Virus record (IMG/VR): IMGVR_UViG_3300042904_000196
Coordinates: 1 to 64,000 of that record
Origin: a virus
Strand: one strand, 5' to 3'
DNA length: 64,000 nucleotides
Positions 10,161-20,900 of the stretch are shown here, piece after piece. The translations under genes were made by a program, and so were the position numbers. A model generated the notes under the pieces. It was given only the letters and a program-made list of their open reading frames with translations. It was not told the DNA's origin and did not search any database. Within the stretch, counting starts at the first letter, position 1, and every line of letters starts with the position of its first letter.

Positions 10161-10667
10161 ATGGCTGTTATTGACCTCAAAAACACAACCCTCAATATCA
10201 ACGATGGAACGTCTCCCACCCCGGAGACGATTGAAGTCAAGATTGGTGAGGGCAATATGACGTATTCCGAAAAGCGGAATATGGAATATATCCGTGATCG
10301 TGGCGTCCTTGACACCGTTCGTGAAGGCGATGAGGAACCCGTCGAAGTCAAGTTTGACTTCACGTGGGAATACATCACTTCCGATACTGGTGCGACCGTT
10401 CCGACGGTCGAGGAAGCGCTCAAGAAAACGGGTGAAGCGGCTGCATGGGTTTCGTCTGCAACGGATGATGCCTGTGCACCGTATGCTGTTGATATTGTGG
10501 TTCTCTATGAACCCACGTGTGCTGGTGCTGGAATCACCAACGAAATCGAAACCATTACACTGGTTGAGTTCCGTTGGGAAAGCATCGAACACGATCTTCG
10601 CGGTGGTCAGATTTCCGTCACTGGAAACTGCAATACGACGCTTGCACAGGTTGTTCGGTCTACGTAA
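10161..10667 (+). CDS. major tail (tube) protein
   Basis: Acidic, beta-rich 168 aa; followed by a terminator and the chaperone gene. Confidence 0.7.
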   Translation: MAVIDLKNTTLNINDGTSPTPETIEVKIGEGNMTYSEKRNMEYIRDRGVLDTVREGDEEPVEVKFDFTWEYITSDTGATVPTVEEALKKTGEAAAWVSSATDDACAPYAVDIVVLYEPTCAGAGITNEIETITLVEFRWESIEHDLRGGQISVTGNCNTTLAQVVRST

Positions 10668-10673
10668 TCAGAT

Positions 10674-10700
10674 GGGGCGATCCTTCGGGGTCGCCCCTTT
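10674..10700 (+). terminator. intrinsic terminator (cUUCGg hairpin)
   Basis: GGGGCGATCC-TTCG-GGGTCGCCCC followed by TTTCTT. Confidence 0.75.
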
Positions 10701-10718
10701 CTTCTCAAAGGGTAAGTG

Positions 10719-11252
10719 ATGAAAATTAAAGGTAAAGAAATCAAGTCGTCCAATATCGAGTTTGTTGTCCTACCGCGAAACGACGGCGACATTGTGTTCG
10801 AGTGCCATGCGGTCTTGGACTACAAGCCTTTCGATCTTATGTGTCCCGAGCCGAAGCCTCCCTTTAAGATGCTTCCCGGTGGTCAGAAGCTTATTAACGT
10901 TGAGGATGCCAAGTACAAGGAAAAGCTTTCGGCCATCAATCTTAGGAAGATCAGTTGGATGGTTCTGAAATCTTTGGAACCCACTGGTATCGAGTGGGAC
11001 ACGGTCAAAATGGATGACCCCGAAACGTGGGGCAACTACATTGCTGACCTACAGAAATCAGGTTTCTCTGAGGTTGAAATCAATCGCATTGTCATGGGTG
11101 TCATGGCTGCGTGTTCTCTGGACGAGGCCAAGATTGAAGAGGCTCGTCAGCGTTTTTTGACTTCTCGCCGGGATACGGCAGAAAATTCGTCTATCCAAAT
11201 GGACGCACAGCAGAATACTCCGTCTGGCGAGTCTGCGAACGTTTCGGCCTAA
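10719..11252 (+). CDS. tail assembly chaperone (gpG-like)
   Basis: Follows the tail tube gene and contains slippery T TTT TTG at 11153-11159. Confidence 0.7.
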   Translation: MKIKGKEIKSSNIEFVVLPRNDGDIVFECHAVLDYKPFDLMCPEPKPPFKMLPGGQKLINVEDAKYKEKLSAINLRKISWMVLKSLEPTGIEWDTVKMDDPETWGNYIADLQKSGFSEVEINRIVMGVMAACSLDEAKIEEARQRFLTSRRDTAENSSIQMDAQQNTPSGESANVSA

Positions 11253-11386
11253 GACCGCCAAACGTTAAAGAAACGTTCGATGAGTGCGATGTTATGACAC
11301 GGGCTGCCCTCTTAGCTTATGAGGTAATCCGTGAGCATGAAGAATATACAGAAACTGCTCTTGTAGCAGGTGCTAAGATGGCCTGA
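11153..11386 (+). CDS. -1 frameshift extension of the tail assembly chaperone (gpGT-like)
   Basis: The -1 frame is open from 11153 to TGA 11384-11386 (DFSPGYGRKFVYPNGRTAEYSVWRVCERFGLRPP...AYEVIREHEE...KMA*) and has no own early start. Confidence 0.7.
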   Translation, partial: FFDFSPGYGRKFVYPNGRTAEYSVWRVCERFGLRPPNVKETFDECDVMTRAALLAYEVIREHEEYTETALVAGAKMA

Positions 11387-11415
11387 TTGATTCCCGAATC
11401 AATCAGGCCATTTTT
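11378..11415 (+). terminator. hairpin/terminator built around the palindrome
   Basis: ATGGCCTGATTGATTC-CC-GAATCAATCAGGCCAT followed by TTTT. Confidence 0.7.
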
Positions 11416-11426
11416 GGAGGTAGCTA

Positions 11427-12011
11427 ATGGATGATTTCAAAGTTGTATTTGAAATCCCTGACCTGCGAGGGCTTGAAGAGGAACTGCGGCGTGAAGCCAA
11501 AGAAGTATGGCTTTGGGCCATTGAGCAGGTGATACGTAATATTGTGCAGGATGCCCCGGACGGTATTCCTGTATTCACTGGACGCACAAAACAGACTCTC
11601 CAAGCGGCTATCGATGAACTGGTTGCTTTGGGTGGTGATGATATTCCTCTGACGTATATGTATAATCCGAACTACACCTTCACGTTTCTTATGAATCGTA
11701 AGGCGTATAAGGATTCTGTATATGGTCCGCCAGAGGATGCTGAGCTTAGATTTGATAACGATATCTTTTTGACATCGTTCACGTTGAACATACCTGATGA
11801 AGTCTTCGATGTTCAAAACATCGTAGGTGATTCCGGGCACAAAAACCCGCAACGATATGAGCCTTGGGACTTGTTGACGCAAGCCCGGCTAGATATTATT
11901 GACGAGCTTAAAGATCGTCTTGTTGCTTTGTATAAAAAGAGGGTACGTTCGCGGCTCAAGATACGTGTACGTGACACTCGTTCACCACTTCGCAGGTCTT
12001 ATGAGGAATAA
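11427..12011 (+). CDS. possible HK97 gp10-like tail completion protein
   Basis: GGAGG RBS; IPVFTGRTKQTL resembles the PVdTGxL motif of that family. Confidence 0.45.
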   Translation: MDDFKVVFEIPDLRGLEEELRREAKEVWLWAIEQVIRNIVQDAPDGIPVFTGRTKQTLQAAIDELVALGGDDIPLTYMYNPNYTFTFLMNRKAYKDSVYGPPEDAELRFDNDIFLTSFTLNIPDEVFDVQNIVGDSGHKNPQRYEPWDLLTQARLDIIDELKDRLVALYKKRVRSRLKIRVRDTRSPLRRSYEE

Positions 12012-12013
12012 CG

Positions 12014-15000
12014 ATGGCTGACCTAACACTTACAGGAGACAGTCGAAGTGCTGTCAGAGCTATAGCGGAAATCCGTCTTGCTATCTCACGTGCAACGGCA
12101 GGTAGCCTGACCATGGCGAAGGCTATGCGGGACGCTACAGCAGACATCAGGCGAATGAGCCGAAGCGGTGCCGTGCTAAATACGCTCGGTGCCTCAGCCG
12201 ACAGATTGGCTGAAAAGATTCGGAAATCAACTGCCGAGTACAAGCTTCAGGCTAAGGAGATTGCAAACACCGCTCGAAGTATTCGCACGACACTTAATCG
12301 TTCGAGTGCAAAAGTCAGTTTCCTACCTGATGCGGGACAAAAAGGCCAAATCACGACTCTGATTGATAATGTCCGCGTCAAGATGGATGAACTGGGACTA
12401 AAAGCTGCTCCGGTTAAGCGGCTGTTCAGTGAACTGTTCGCAGGTCAAACGCCTACGAAAATGACCGATGAAATGAGGAAGATTGAGCCACTCCTCAGCA
12501 GAATCGTGAATCTGCAAACTGGCTACATTAACAAACAGAAACAATCCATTGAAGTTGGCAAAAAGCTTGTGCAGACGACCAAGGATCGTTTGGATGCCGA
12601 AGCCAAAGCGTCCCTCGGTGAACGCCGCGGTAGAATCTTTGCTGAAGCATCCAGCCCGAACCAGTCGAAGATTTTCGCTGCAAGAGCAACTGATACTGAA
12701 GTCGGCAAGCTTAATCGTGCTAACTTGGCAATTGCTGAAGCAAACAGGAAAGCACAGTTAAGTACACGGCAACTAACGCAGCTTCAGAATGATTATGTAA
12801 GTGGTGTGAAACGTTCCTTCAGTGCTGCTGAAGCTATCATGCTGCCGCATATCGAGCGACGTATAAATGCTATTCGAAGATTGGGTAACGAGCATGTTAA
12901 GGCTGAAGCCAAAGCCGCTGCCGCTGCCGCCGCTGCTGCCCGAAAAATTGCCACCAGTTATGAAGCCGCCAATAATCACTTGAATAATCTTGTGCTTAGC
13001 TGGCGATCCATTATTAGGTTAGCGTCTATTCAGACATTGCACCTTGCCTTCGGTCGTTTGGTTAGTACGGCATTTGAAGCCTCAAGAGCTTTGGCCCAGT
13101 TACAGACTCAAATTGCCCTCATTCAATCGATTTCGCAAGATGCCCAGCTATCGCAGGAACAGTGGTCTGACTCCATTTTGGCTCTTTCAAGCAATAAGGG
13201 TTTTGACGCTGTTGAAGTTGCTGCTGCCACCTATGAAGCAATCTCGAATCAGGTGACCCGTGGTGCTGAAGCTGTGACCTTCATGGGTCAGGCACTTGAC
13301 TTTGCACGTGCTACAGGCTCGTCTACGACGGACGCTGTCAACTTGCTGTCTTCGGCTATTAACTCGTTCGGTAAATCGTCTGCTGACGCTGAACAGTTGG
13401 CCTCCGAGTTGTTTGCTGTTATTGACTTGGGCCGTGTCAAGGCTGAAGACTTGGCAAATACTTATGGCCGTGTGGCTCCTGCTGCAAAGCAATTAGGTCT
13501 TTCCACGGCGGAGTTTGGTGCATCCATTGCTGTCTTGACCCGAATCGGTGTCAAGCCGCGTGAAGTGCTTACACAGATTTCTGGTATCGTCACTAAGTTG
13601 ATTGCCCCTACCGAAGAAATGACTGAACTTTTCGGTGAGTGGGGTGTTGCTTCCGGTGAAGCTGCTGTCAGAACGTTTGGATTCTTGGGTGTGTTGCAGA
13701 AATTGCAAATCGCTGCGGAATCCGGCGATAGCCGTTTGACGGAATTGGCACAACTCTTTAACGAAGTGCGTGGCTTGCGTGGTGCAGCGTTCCTTTCTTC
13801 CGATCAGGGTATTAAGGAATTTAGTGATACCCTTAGTCAGATTACGGGACGCATTGAAAATTATAAGGAAGCTGTTCGCGTTACCTCGGAGTCAAACGCT
13901 GCTGTTCTGAAAAAGTCAACAGAAGAATTCAAGAACTATGTCTTGAAGAATATTGTTGAACCGATTCAGAATTTCATTGTCGGTATGATCCGTAACGGTA
14001 CAACGTTAACGAGTCTTTTCGTTTCGTTGCGTGCTGCTATACTTCCTTTGCTCACATCATATGCTGCTTGGCGTATTGCTATCATATTGGCTAATGGTGG
14101 TTTGGCTAGAGCTATTCAGTTAGTTCGGACGCGGACACAATTGGCTTTGCTTGAAACCCAAGTATTGTCCAAGAATATTGTTGTCCAGAAAAAAGCAGAA
14201 CAGGCTTTAGCAGATTATGCTAGAGCCGGTGCCGTTTTCAAAAGTCTTGGTATCGGTGTTGCAATATCCGTTATTACGGCGGCTTGGGTTACGTATGCCC
14301 AAGTGCAAGCAGAGATTGCCGAATCTGAAAGAGCCCGTGCCGAAGTTATTAAGCGTTTAACGGCTGTCGAAAACCAGCAGGCAATTCGCCAGCAACAGAT
14401 TCTTGAGAAATTGTCTGGTGCGTTCAGGAAAGCGCTAGATGCTCGCTATCAGGCTTTGCGTCAATATGCTGCTGCGGTTTCTCGTTTGGCTGGCACCATA
14501 GAATCTAATCTTGCTGAGGCACTCGAAGACGCCATTGATCGCTCAAAAGACAGCATGAAAGATTTTGTGAGTGATCTGGACAAGAGTATCACTGATATTG
14601 GTTCCAGAATCAAAGAGCTGAATTCGGAAATTGATAAGGCCACCAAGAACCGTGCTAAGAGCGGTGAGACATTCCAGAAGCGTATCTTTGACCAGCTTCT
14701 GAAAAATGTTGAGAAGGAAGATGATCCGGCTAAAACGATTAAGCTTATCGAAGAACGCAAGAAACAACTTGAGGCAGCCGCCAAGCTTGCACAAGCTAAC
14801 ATTGTACAACCTAATGGCACTATCAATGAAGATGCCCATGAGGTTGTTGTTAAGAATCTTGAAGAGGCAGCAAATCTCCAAGAGCGTATCGCTGATATTA
14901 TGCGTGAGACTGGTGATGATACCGGTTTGAGGAAATTACTTTCCCCGGCAGGTGAATTTGCTCGCATACAGAAACTCTTGAACCAGTATCAAGATGACTA

Positions 15001-16297
15001 CATTGCTAAGTTGAAACGTGCTGAACAGCTTGAGCAAGCTAAGCTTGACAGGCAGAAACAGGCTGTCGAGGCTGTCAAGGAACAGTTCAAAGTTCTTGAG
15101 AAAATCAATTCCAAGACGCCTGAAACCTCGGAAGATCGTCGGCAACAAATTAATGCCACGATGGATCAAGTCGGTACCATATTGCGGACTTTGGTTGGTG
15201 CAGGTATTGATCTAAATACTGCAACAAAGCTATTTTCTACGTTTGAAGATCAGCTTAGGACGCAAGGTCAAGCTCTTGTTACTGCTCGTCAATCTGAGAA
15301 GTTGTCTGGTACGCAGAAAGATATCGATGCTCTGGAAGCAGACAAACAGGCAGAAGCTAAAAAGCTTCTAGACATACAGTCTAACACTGTGGCCGAATCG
15401 AAAAAAGCATTCGGTGAGATTTCATCGTTTGCTGATGCTTTCTCGGTTTCGAGTCTTTTGAATGTAAGTGTGTCTGCGGCTAAAGAGGCTTTTGGCCGTG
15501 CAGAAGCTAAGGGTCTCCCGAAAAGATTCTTTGAAGGCGGGGACGTTGACGTAGATCAGCTTTTACAGAATCTGCGAACGGCTACAGCCACGGCTGCCAT
15601 AGAGCCCTCGGCCGGTAACCTGTCGGCTGTCGATGCTTCGTTAAAGAATTTTGCTATACTGGTTGATAGCTTCACTGAAGCATCGCCTCAAAATGCTGAT
15701 TTTGTAACCATGATGCAACAAGTTAGCACGTTACAAAATCAATTGAATAAGGTTTTTGCAGGGACAGCGGCAGCAAAAACAGCCGAAACTGCTTTGCAAA
15801 ATATAACTACAAACTTGGCTGCTCAACAGCAATCTTTCACAGCACAAATTGCTACTTTGGATAAGCTGTCTCAAGCTGAAATCAAACATGCTCAAGATCG
15901 CCAAAGAATGATTCAAGCTTTGGATCAGGCAAATAATTATCTACGTAGCATCGCTGGGCTTCCCAAGAAAGCTGCTGGCGGCTGGATATCTGGTGGCATC
16001 CCCGGTCGCGATAGCGTACCTATCCTTGCTCAGCAAGGTGAGTTTGTTGTCAATGCACGGGCTGCTCAACGTAATGCTGCTTTGCTCACGGCCCTGAACA
16101 GTGGTCGTGGATTCCGGGGATATGCTCAGGGTGGATTTGTTTCACCTAAGGGCGGTAGCTCGTCGTCTTCTGTGTCGTTTGATTTTAGTGGTATGGCGAT
16201 ATCCGTTCAGGGCGGTTCTAGTGACCGCGAAACGGCTATGAACATCGGTCGTATCCTTGAGCGTGAAGTACGCCGTGGCACGATTAAGTTAAATTAA
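12014..16297 (+). CDS. tail tape measure protein
   Basis: 1427 aa, Ala/Leu-rich and helical; TP901-type core (YEAISNQV...AINSFG...DLGRVKAEDLA..YGRVAPAA); C-terminal AAGGWISGG..GRDSVP....GEFVVNA. Confidence 0.92.
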   Translation: MADLTLTGDSRSAVRAIAEIRLAISRATAGSLTMAKAMRDATADIRRMSRSGAVLNTLGASADRLAEKIRKSTAEYKLQAKEIANTARSIRTTLNRSSAKVSFLPDAGQKGQITTLIDNVRVKMDELGLKAAPVKRLFSELFAGQTPTKMTDEMRKIEPLLSRIVNLQTGYINKQKQSIEVGKKLVQTTKDRLDAEAKASLGERRGRIFAEASSPNQSKIFAARATDTEVGKLNRANLAIAEANRKAQLSTRQLTQLQNDYVSGVKRSFSAAEAIMLPHIERRINAIRRLGNEHVKAEAKAAAAAAAAARKIATSYEAANNHLNNLVLSWRSIIRLASIQTLHLAFGRLVSTAFEASRALAQLQTQIALIQSISQDAQLSQEQWSDSILALSSNKGFDAVEVAAATYEAISNQVTRGAEAVTFMGQALDFARATGSSTTDAVNLLSSAINSFGKSSADAEQLASELFAVIDLGRVKAEDLANTYGRVAPAAKQLGLSTAEFGASIAVLTRIGVKPREVLTQISGIVTKLIAPTEEMTELFGEWGVASGEAAVRTFGFLGVLQKLQIAAESGDSRLTELAQLFNEVRGLRGAAFLSSDQGIKEFSDTLSQITGRIENYKEAVRVTSESNAAVLKKSTEEFKNYVLKNIVEPIQNFIVGMIRNGTTLTSLFVSLRAAILPLLTSYAAWRIAIILANGGLARAIQLVRTRTQLALLETQVLSKNIVVQKKAEQALADYARAGAVFKSLGIGVAISVITAAWVTYAQVQAEIAESERARAEVIKRLTAVENQQAIRQQQILEKLSGAFRKALDARYQALRQYAAAVSRLAGTIESNLAEALEDAIDRSKDSMKDFVSDLDKSITDIGSRIKELNSEIDKATKNRAKSGETFQKRIFDQLLKNVEKEDDPAKTIKLIEERKKQLEAAAKLAQANIVQPNGTINEDAHEVVVKNLEEAANLQERIADIMRETGDDTGLRKLLSPAGEFARIQKLLNQYQDDYIAKLKRAEQLEQAKLDRQKQAVEAVKEQFKVLEKINSKTPETSEDRRQQINATMDQVGTILRTLVGAGIDLNTATKLFSTFEDQLRTQGQALVTARQSEKLSGTQKDIDALEADKQAEAKKLLDIQSNTVAESKKAFGEISSFADAFSVSSLLNVSVSAAKEAFGRAEAKGLPKRFFEGGDVDVDQLLQNLRTATATAAIEPSAGNLSAVDASLKNFAILVDSFTEASPQNADFVTMMQQVSTLQNQLNKVFAGTAAAKTAETALQNITTNLAAQQQSFTAQIATLDKLSQAEIKHAQDRQRMIQALDQANNYLRSIAGLPKKAAGGWISGGIPGRDSVPILAQQGEFVVNARAAQRNAALLTALNSGRGFRGYAQGGFVSPKGGSSSSSVSFDFSGMAISVQGGSSDRETAMNIGRILEREVRRGTIKLN

Positions 16298-16307
16298 GGA
16301 GATTCCC

Positions 16308-16802
16308 TTGAAACGTTTCAAAGTCATGCATAATGTCGAAGTCACCAATGTCGGTTCCGATGGTAAGGTGAAGTGGAAGGAAACTGTCCACAACGAAATC
16401 ACCACGGTCGGATTTAACAAGCTTCTGGATGTTATGTTCGGTGCCGTTACAGCCATCAGTGCATGGTTCTGTGGCCTTGTGAACAACAGCGGTTTTGTTG
16501 GTTTCGCCGTAGGCGATACTATGGCGTCCCATGCAGGGTGGACGGAGTTCACTGACTATACCGGTGAACGCCAAGAATGGACGGTCGGAACAGCGGCTGC
16601 TGCAAGCATTACGAATGCAGCGGCTATGGCGTTCCCGATCACCGGAACGGGAACCCTGAAAGGTATTATGATTACCAGTGAGGAAGACAACTCTCTTTCC
16701 ACGGGTACGCTTTGGTCTACGGCAGCCTTTAGTTCGGCTCAAGCTGTAGGCAGCGGCGATACTGTGAATGTGACGTACACTGTTACGGCGTCTGAAGTCT
16801 AA
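16308..16802 (+). CDS. virion structural protein
   Basis: AAGGAG RBS with TTG start; HNEITTVG...GDTMASHAGWTEFTDYTG...GTLWS...GDTVNVTYT, Ala/Thr/Gly-rich beta protein. Confidence 0.65.
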   Translation: MKRFKVMHNVEVTNVGSDGKVKWKETVHNEITTVGFNKLLDVMFGAVTAISAWFCGLVNNSGFVGFAVGDTMASHAGWTEFTDYTGERQEWTVGTAAAASITNAAAMAFPITGTGTLKGIMITSEEDNSLSTGTLWSTAAFSSAQAVGSGDTVNVTYTVTASEV

Positions 16803-17233
16803 TGGCTATTTACGACCTCAGCGTATCTCATACGCTGGGCTTGGAGGGAACACCCTCTCGGGTGTTCTCCTTCAATATTACTCACGGGCTCGGAATGTCG
16901 GGACCTCTCATTAAAGGGGTCCCGACTTCCGCGGCTAGTAACCTAGGTCTTTCCGGTGTTGCCCTCATGGTTAATGCCGGTCTGATTCTGGAATCATTTT
17001 TGGGCATAGCACACTCTGTCACAAGAACTGTGACAGCCGCCCGAGCCCTTGTAAGTCTTTTAGGGCTGGGTCACACGGTGTCTGTGTACAAATTACCGTA
17101 TGTTGAAACAGACTTCATTGATGCCTCAGCTACGTTCGAGATTGATGTAATTTCTCAAACGTGGGTTACGCTGCACTTTGGCGAGTGGTCGCTGCTTACG
17201 ATGGCTGAATGGCAAGCCCTAGAAATGGAGTAA
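16802..17233 (+). CDS. hypothetical tail-module protein
   Basis: Translationally coupled to the previous gene (TAATG). Confidence 0.55.
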   Translation: MAIYDLSVSHTLGLEGTPSRVFSFNITHGLGMSGPLIKGVPTSAASNLGLSGVALMVNAGLILESFLGIAHSVTRTVTAARALVSLLGLGHTVSVYKLPYVETDFIDASATFEIDVISQTWVTLHFGEWSLLTMAEWQALEME

Positions 17234-17236
17234 GCT

Positions 17237-17575
17237 ATGGCTTTCGTTTTGAAGAATCCAGATTTCGGCAGTAGCCTTTCCCTTGTGACAAATACTATCA
17301 CAAGGAACACTGCCGGAGGAAAGCTTAACCAAGCTCGCGGTGTCGCATGGTTCAAGGCTCGCGTGTATGAGTGGCAGTTCACTCTCCAGAAGACACCCCT
17401 CGATGCTTTCCTTGCATTTGCTATAGAGAATGCCGGGAAGCTTGTTCAGATAACCGACGAGTACGGCATTAACCGTAATGGTGTTATTCACTCTTTGATA
17501 CGTTATCAGCAGATCAGTCGCGGACCCTGCCCCATGTACAAGCTGTCTTTTACGTTTGAGGGGGTAGCCGAATGA
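17237..17575 (+). CDS. small tail-tip/distal tail-like protein
   Basis: GGAG RBS, size and position; architecture similar to 17572..17922. Confidence 0.5.
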   Translation: MAFVLKNPDFGSSLSLVTNTITRNTAGGKLNQARGVAWFKARVYEWQFTLQKTPLDAFLAFAIENAGKLVQITDEYGINRNGVIHSLIRYQQISRGPCPMYKLSFTFEGVAE

Positions 17576-17922
17576 TCGTTCTTGAATTTGCTAATGAATC
17601 GGTCGTCCTTCGGGAGGTCGGTTTTCCCGCCCGTACCCTAGATATTAAGGTGGACATAAAGCGTTCAATGGATGGTCAAATTAGAACCACCAAACAAACG
17701 CCCGTGACAACCTCCCATGAGCAAGAAATTGTTTTCCTCTCCAAGGTGAACATGGACGCTTTTATCGAGTTCATCTTCGATAGTATGGGAGGGACGATCA
17801 AATATACCGACGGTGATAGTGTTGTGTGGTATGTAAAAATTACGAGCGAGCCAGCACAGATTGTTGATGCTGCCCGTAGCCGTAGAACGTGCACCTTACA
17901 GATGGTGAGTGTCGATGGTTAG
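17572..17922 (+). CDS. small tail-tip/distal tail-like protein
   Basis: ATGA overlap; KRSMDGQIRT pattern; directly before the large tail-tip gene. Confidence 0.5.
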   Translation: MIVLEFANESVVLREVGFPARTLDIKVDIKRSMDGQIRTTKQTPVTTSHEQEIVFLSKVNMDAFIEFIFDSMGGTIKYTDGDSVVWYVKITSEPAQIVDAARSRRTCTLQMVSVDG

Positions 17923-20900
17923 ATTCAATTTGCCGGGTGAAGCCATAGCACTCCGTGCACAGGAACCCATGATCCTTGTGCAGGTCAACTGGCCGGGTGC
18001 CGGTCAACGTTTCTACGCTGACCGAGATTATGGTGTTTGGAAAGGTCGTGTAATCAATTTCAGCGGCATTGTTTCCGAGAAGACTCGGGACAGTTCCGGT
18101 AACGTTTCGCAGTGCAACATCATTTTGGATGATTTTGATTCCGAAATCAAAGTGATCGTTGATCTGGTTTCGACGGAAGGTGCTGAAGCTTACATCTACC
18201 ACCAGTACAAAGATGGTTCGCAGAATGAGCTTTTCCGTGGTAGAGTCACAAACCTAACGTGGGACGAGGGCCAGCGTCAAGCTTCCTTTGAGGTTGTTTC
18301 GGTTATCGAAAGTCTTCAGGTTGGCTTCATGGCAACCGAAGACGATACCCTTGACCCGAACAACGAAGTGGCTATCGGTAAGCAGTGGCCGCTTGTCTTT
18401 GGAAAAGTGGCTCATGTCCCTGCTGTCCTAGCTCAGACATGCCCGCGTGGTAAGCTTCAGGATGCCATTCATCTAACGCCGACACTGTCTAAAATCTATC
18501 AGATGGTTGGCGGTGGAACGTCCACGACGGATTATCCGAAAGGGGTTGAGCTTCTCAAGGAAACGGATGTTGCTCGTATCGTCGATGCTCCCATGGTTGA
18601 AGGAAGTGTCGAGGTCACCGAGTTAAAGAAATTCCGCGTCAAAGAGAGTAAGCGGTTCCGCCACAACACCGACATTATTTTGTCCATTGGTGGTGTGCTG
18701 TTCGGTGGCAAGTTTCTAATCTCTGATAATACTCATGCGGACTACGATGTCTTCACAGTTGCTATGCCCAACCTGCCGAAGTTCTACGATGTGCTTTTTG
18801 CTGCTCGCCAAGTTGGGAAAGACTACGATAATCCCAAGGTAGCTTGGCTCAAAGATTCCAATATCGATTTGAGCGGTTGCTATGTGTACGTGAAGTACAC
18901 GCAGACATACCGCGATCCCGAAACCCACACCGTTAAAAGTCGGGAAATGATCGATGAAAATATCTGTGTCCGGCAAGAGGGGCTCAAGTGCTGGTTCAAG
19001 TATCCCTTCAAGATGAAGACATGTCCCGGTGCTCTTGAATCTGAAATCAATCCTGAGTGGGGATTGCCTACGCAGAACAGTTCACTGGTGGCTGTCTACA
19101 ACATCGCTCGCAATGGCATGGTCATTGAGATTGAAGCTTTCGTTAACGAAATGAAAGAACGCCTCGAAGGGCTCCGCAAGGATATCCGCACAAATGAGGC
19201 CGGAATCAAATCGCCCTATTCCCCGCTGCTCAGACAGCTTGACATGATGCAGTTTGTGAAGAATGCTTTCTGGTCTGCTCACGCGGGCTCGCTGGTTATC
19301 GAATGGGTTCCCGTAACAGGTGACATTTACGTTGCTAACGCTACGGAGTCCGACGAGGTTCACGCCGTGCACGCTTTGCGAACCATGCCCAATGGCGAGC
19401 AAGTCCTTACGGCTGTGCCTAAGTCGTTCTACACCGTGAACACCAGCCGTAACGTGAACGTTGAAGAACCCTTCACATGCACAACGATAGAGTTCAATCG
19501 TCCGCTTGACAGTTATGACTTGAACTTCGATGCCAGTGAAATCTTCGTTACGCTTACATCGTCCGTTGGAAGTAACACGGCCAACATCATCCGTTGGCTT
19601 ATTGAAACCTATACAGGCTATGATGTCGATGAAATCTCCTTTGATGCTGTCGAAGCTATGGTGGAACAGTATCCATCGAACTTTGCATACTTCAATAACG
19701 TTGACGCTCTGTCACTCATTAAGGAGATTGCTTGGCAGGCTCGCTGTGCCATTATAACGGATAATGAGTTTGTCAAAATTCGTTACCTTAGTGCTGTCCC
19801 GGTAACACAAGGTTTGATTACGGAATCAAATGTGGAGTTTGGCAACCTTGAGTTGTCTACGACACCGGTTGATTTTATCTATACCCAGTTGAAGGCGAAT
19901 TACCAGACATCCTACGATCCGACCGTGGTGTTTCCGCTTAGACTGATTTACAGTAACAACATCGATTTGTATGGGCTCCGAGAGCAAGAGGTCGATTTCT
20001 ACATCTACAATCACCCCGCTTTGATTCGGAAATCAATGCAGTTTTGGGGTGTAAGGCTATCGAATTCGTGGCGGTTCCTGAGGTTGAAGAGTTTCACGAA
20101 CCTAATGAACCTCGAAGTCTTTGATGCTGTTACGGCCACATTCTTCACAGGCATCGTGCCGGGTTCCAACACGCTGGGCACTATTGAAGCTACACGCTTT
20201 GACCCTGTGAATACGAGCGTCGATTTGACGGTATGGCTGTCCGCTATCGCTGGAACAACAAACCAGCACGCATACGCTTGGCTCGATGAAGGTCTTGACG
20301 AAGAGTATGTGAATGAAGCGGATAAGTACACTGAAACAGATGTATGTCTCTTTTATACGATTGACAAGTTGGACATCAACGAAACTATGCGTGAGTTTCG
20401 TAAGATGGAAATGGGCTCCTACTCACTTGGTAAAATTGTCGGAGTCGATTCTGTCCGTCCAACTCGAAAGCGTGTTCTGGTGTATAACCGCGGGCCATTC
20501 CGCCCACCGCAACCCGTGAAGTATGTATGGATGTGGGATACTACCCCACACCATGACCTGAAGATTGGTGATTGGGTACAGTGTCAATCAGGCCAAGACG
20601 GTATTGATTACACAACCAAATACGAACTGCCCGTTCACCTTGCTAAGGTGGTTTCGTATGGTGCCGGTAAGTATACCCTTGAACTGGTACGCCCCTACGA
20701 TGGGCCTAACAATGTTTGGCCGTGGCGTGTCGAAGAGAATGCACGCGGCTCTGAGGCTTCGGCTCCTGCTGAAACCATCGAAGCATATAACCTTGCTGAA
20801 ATCGGTAAGGAAAATGCTGGTGAACTTGAACCGGACACATTGGTTGCTGTCCACCACGCTGCGAACGATACGCAGACGGACAACGATCCGGGTTTCTGGT

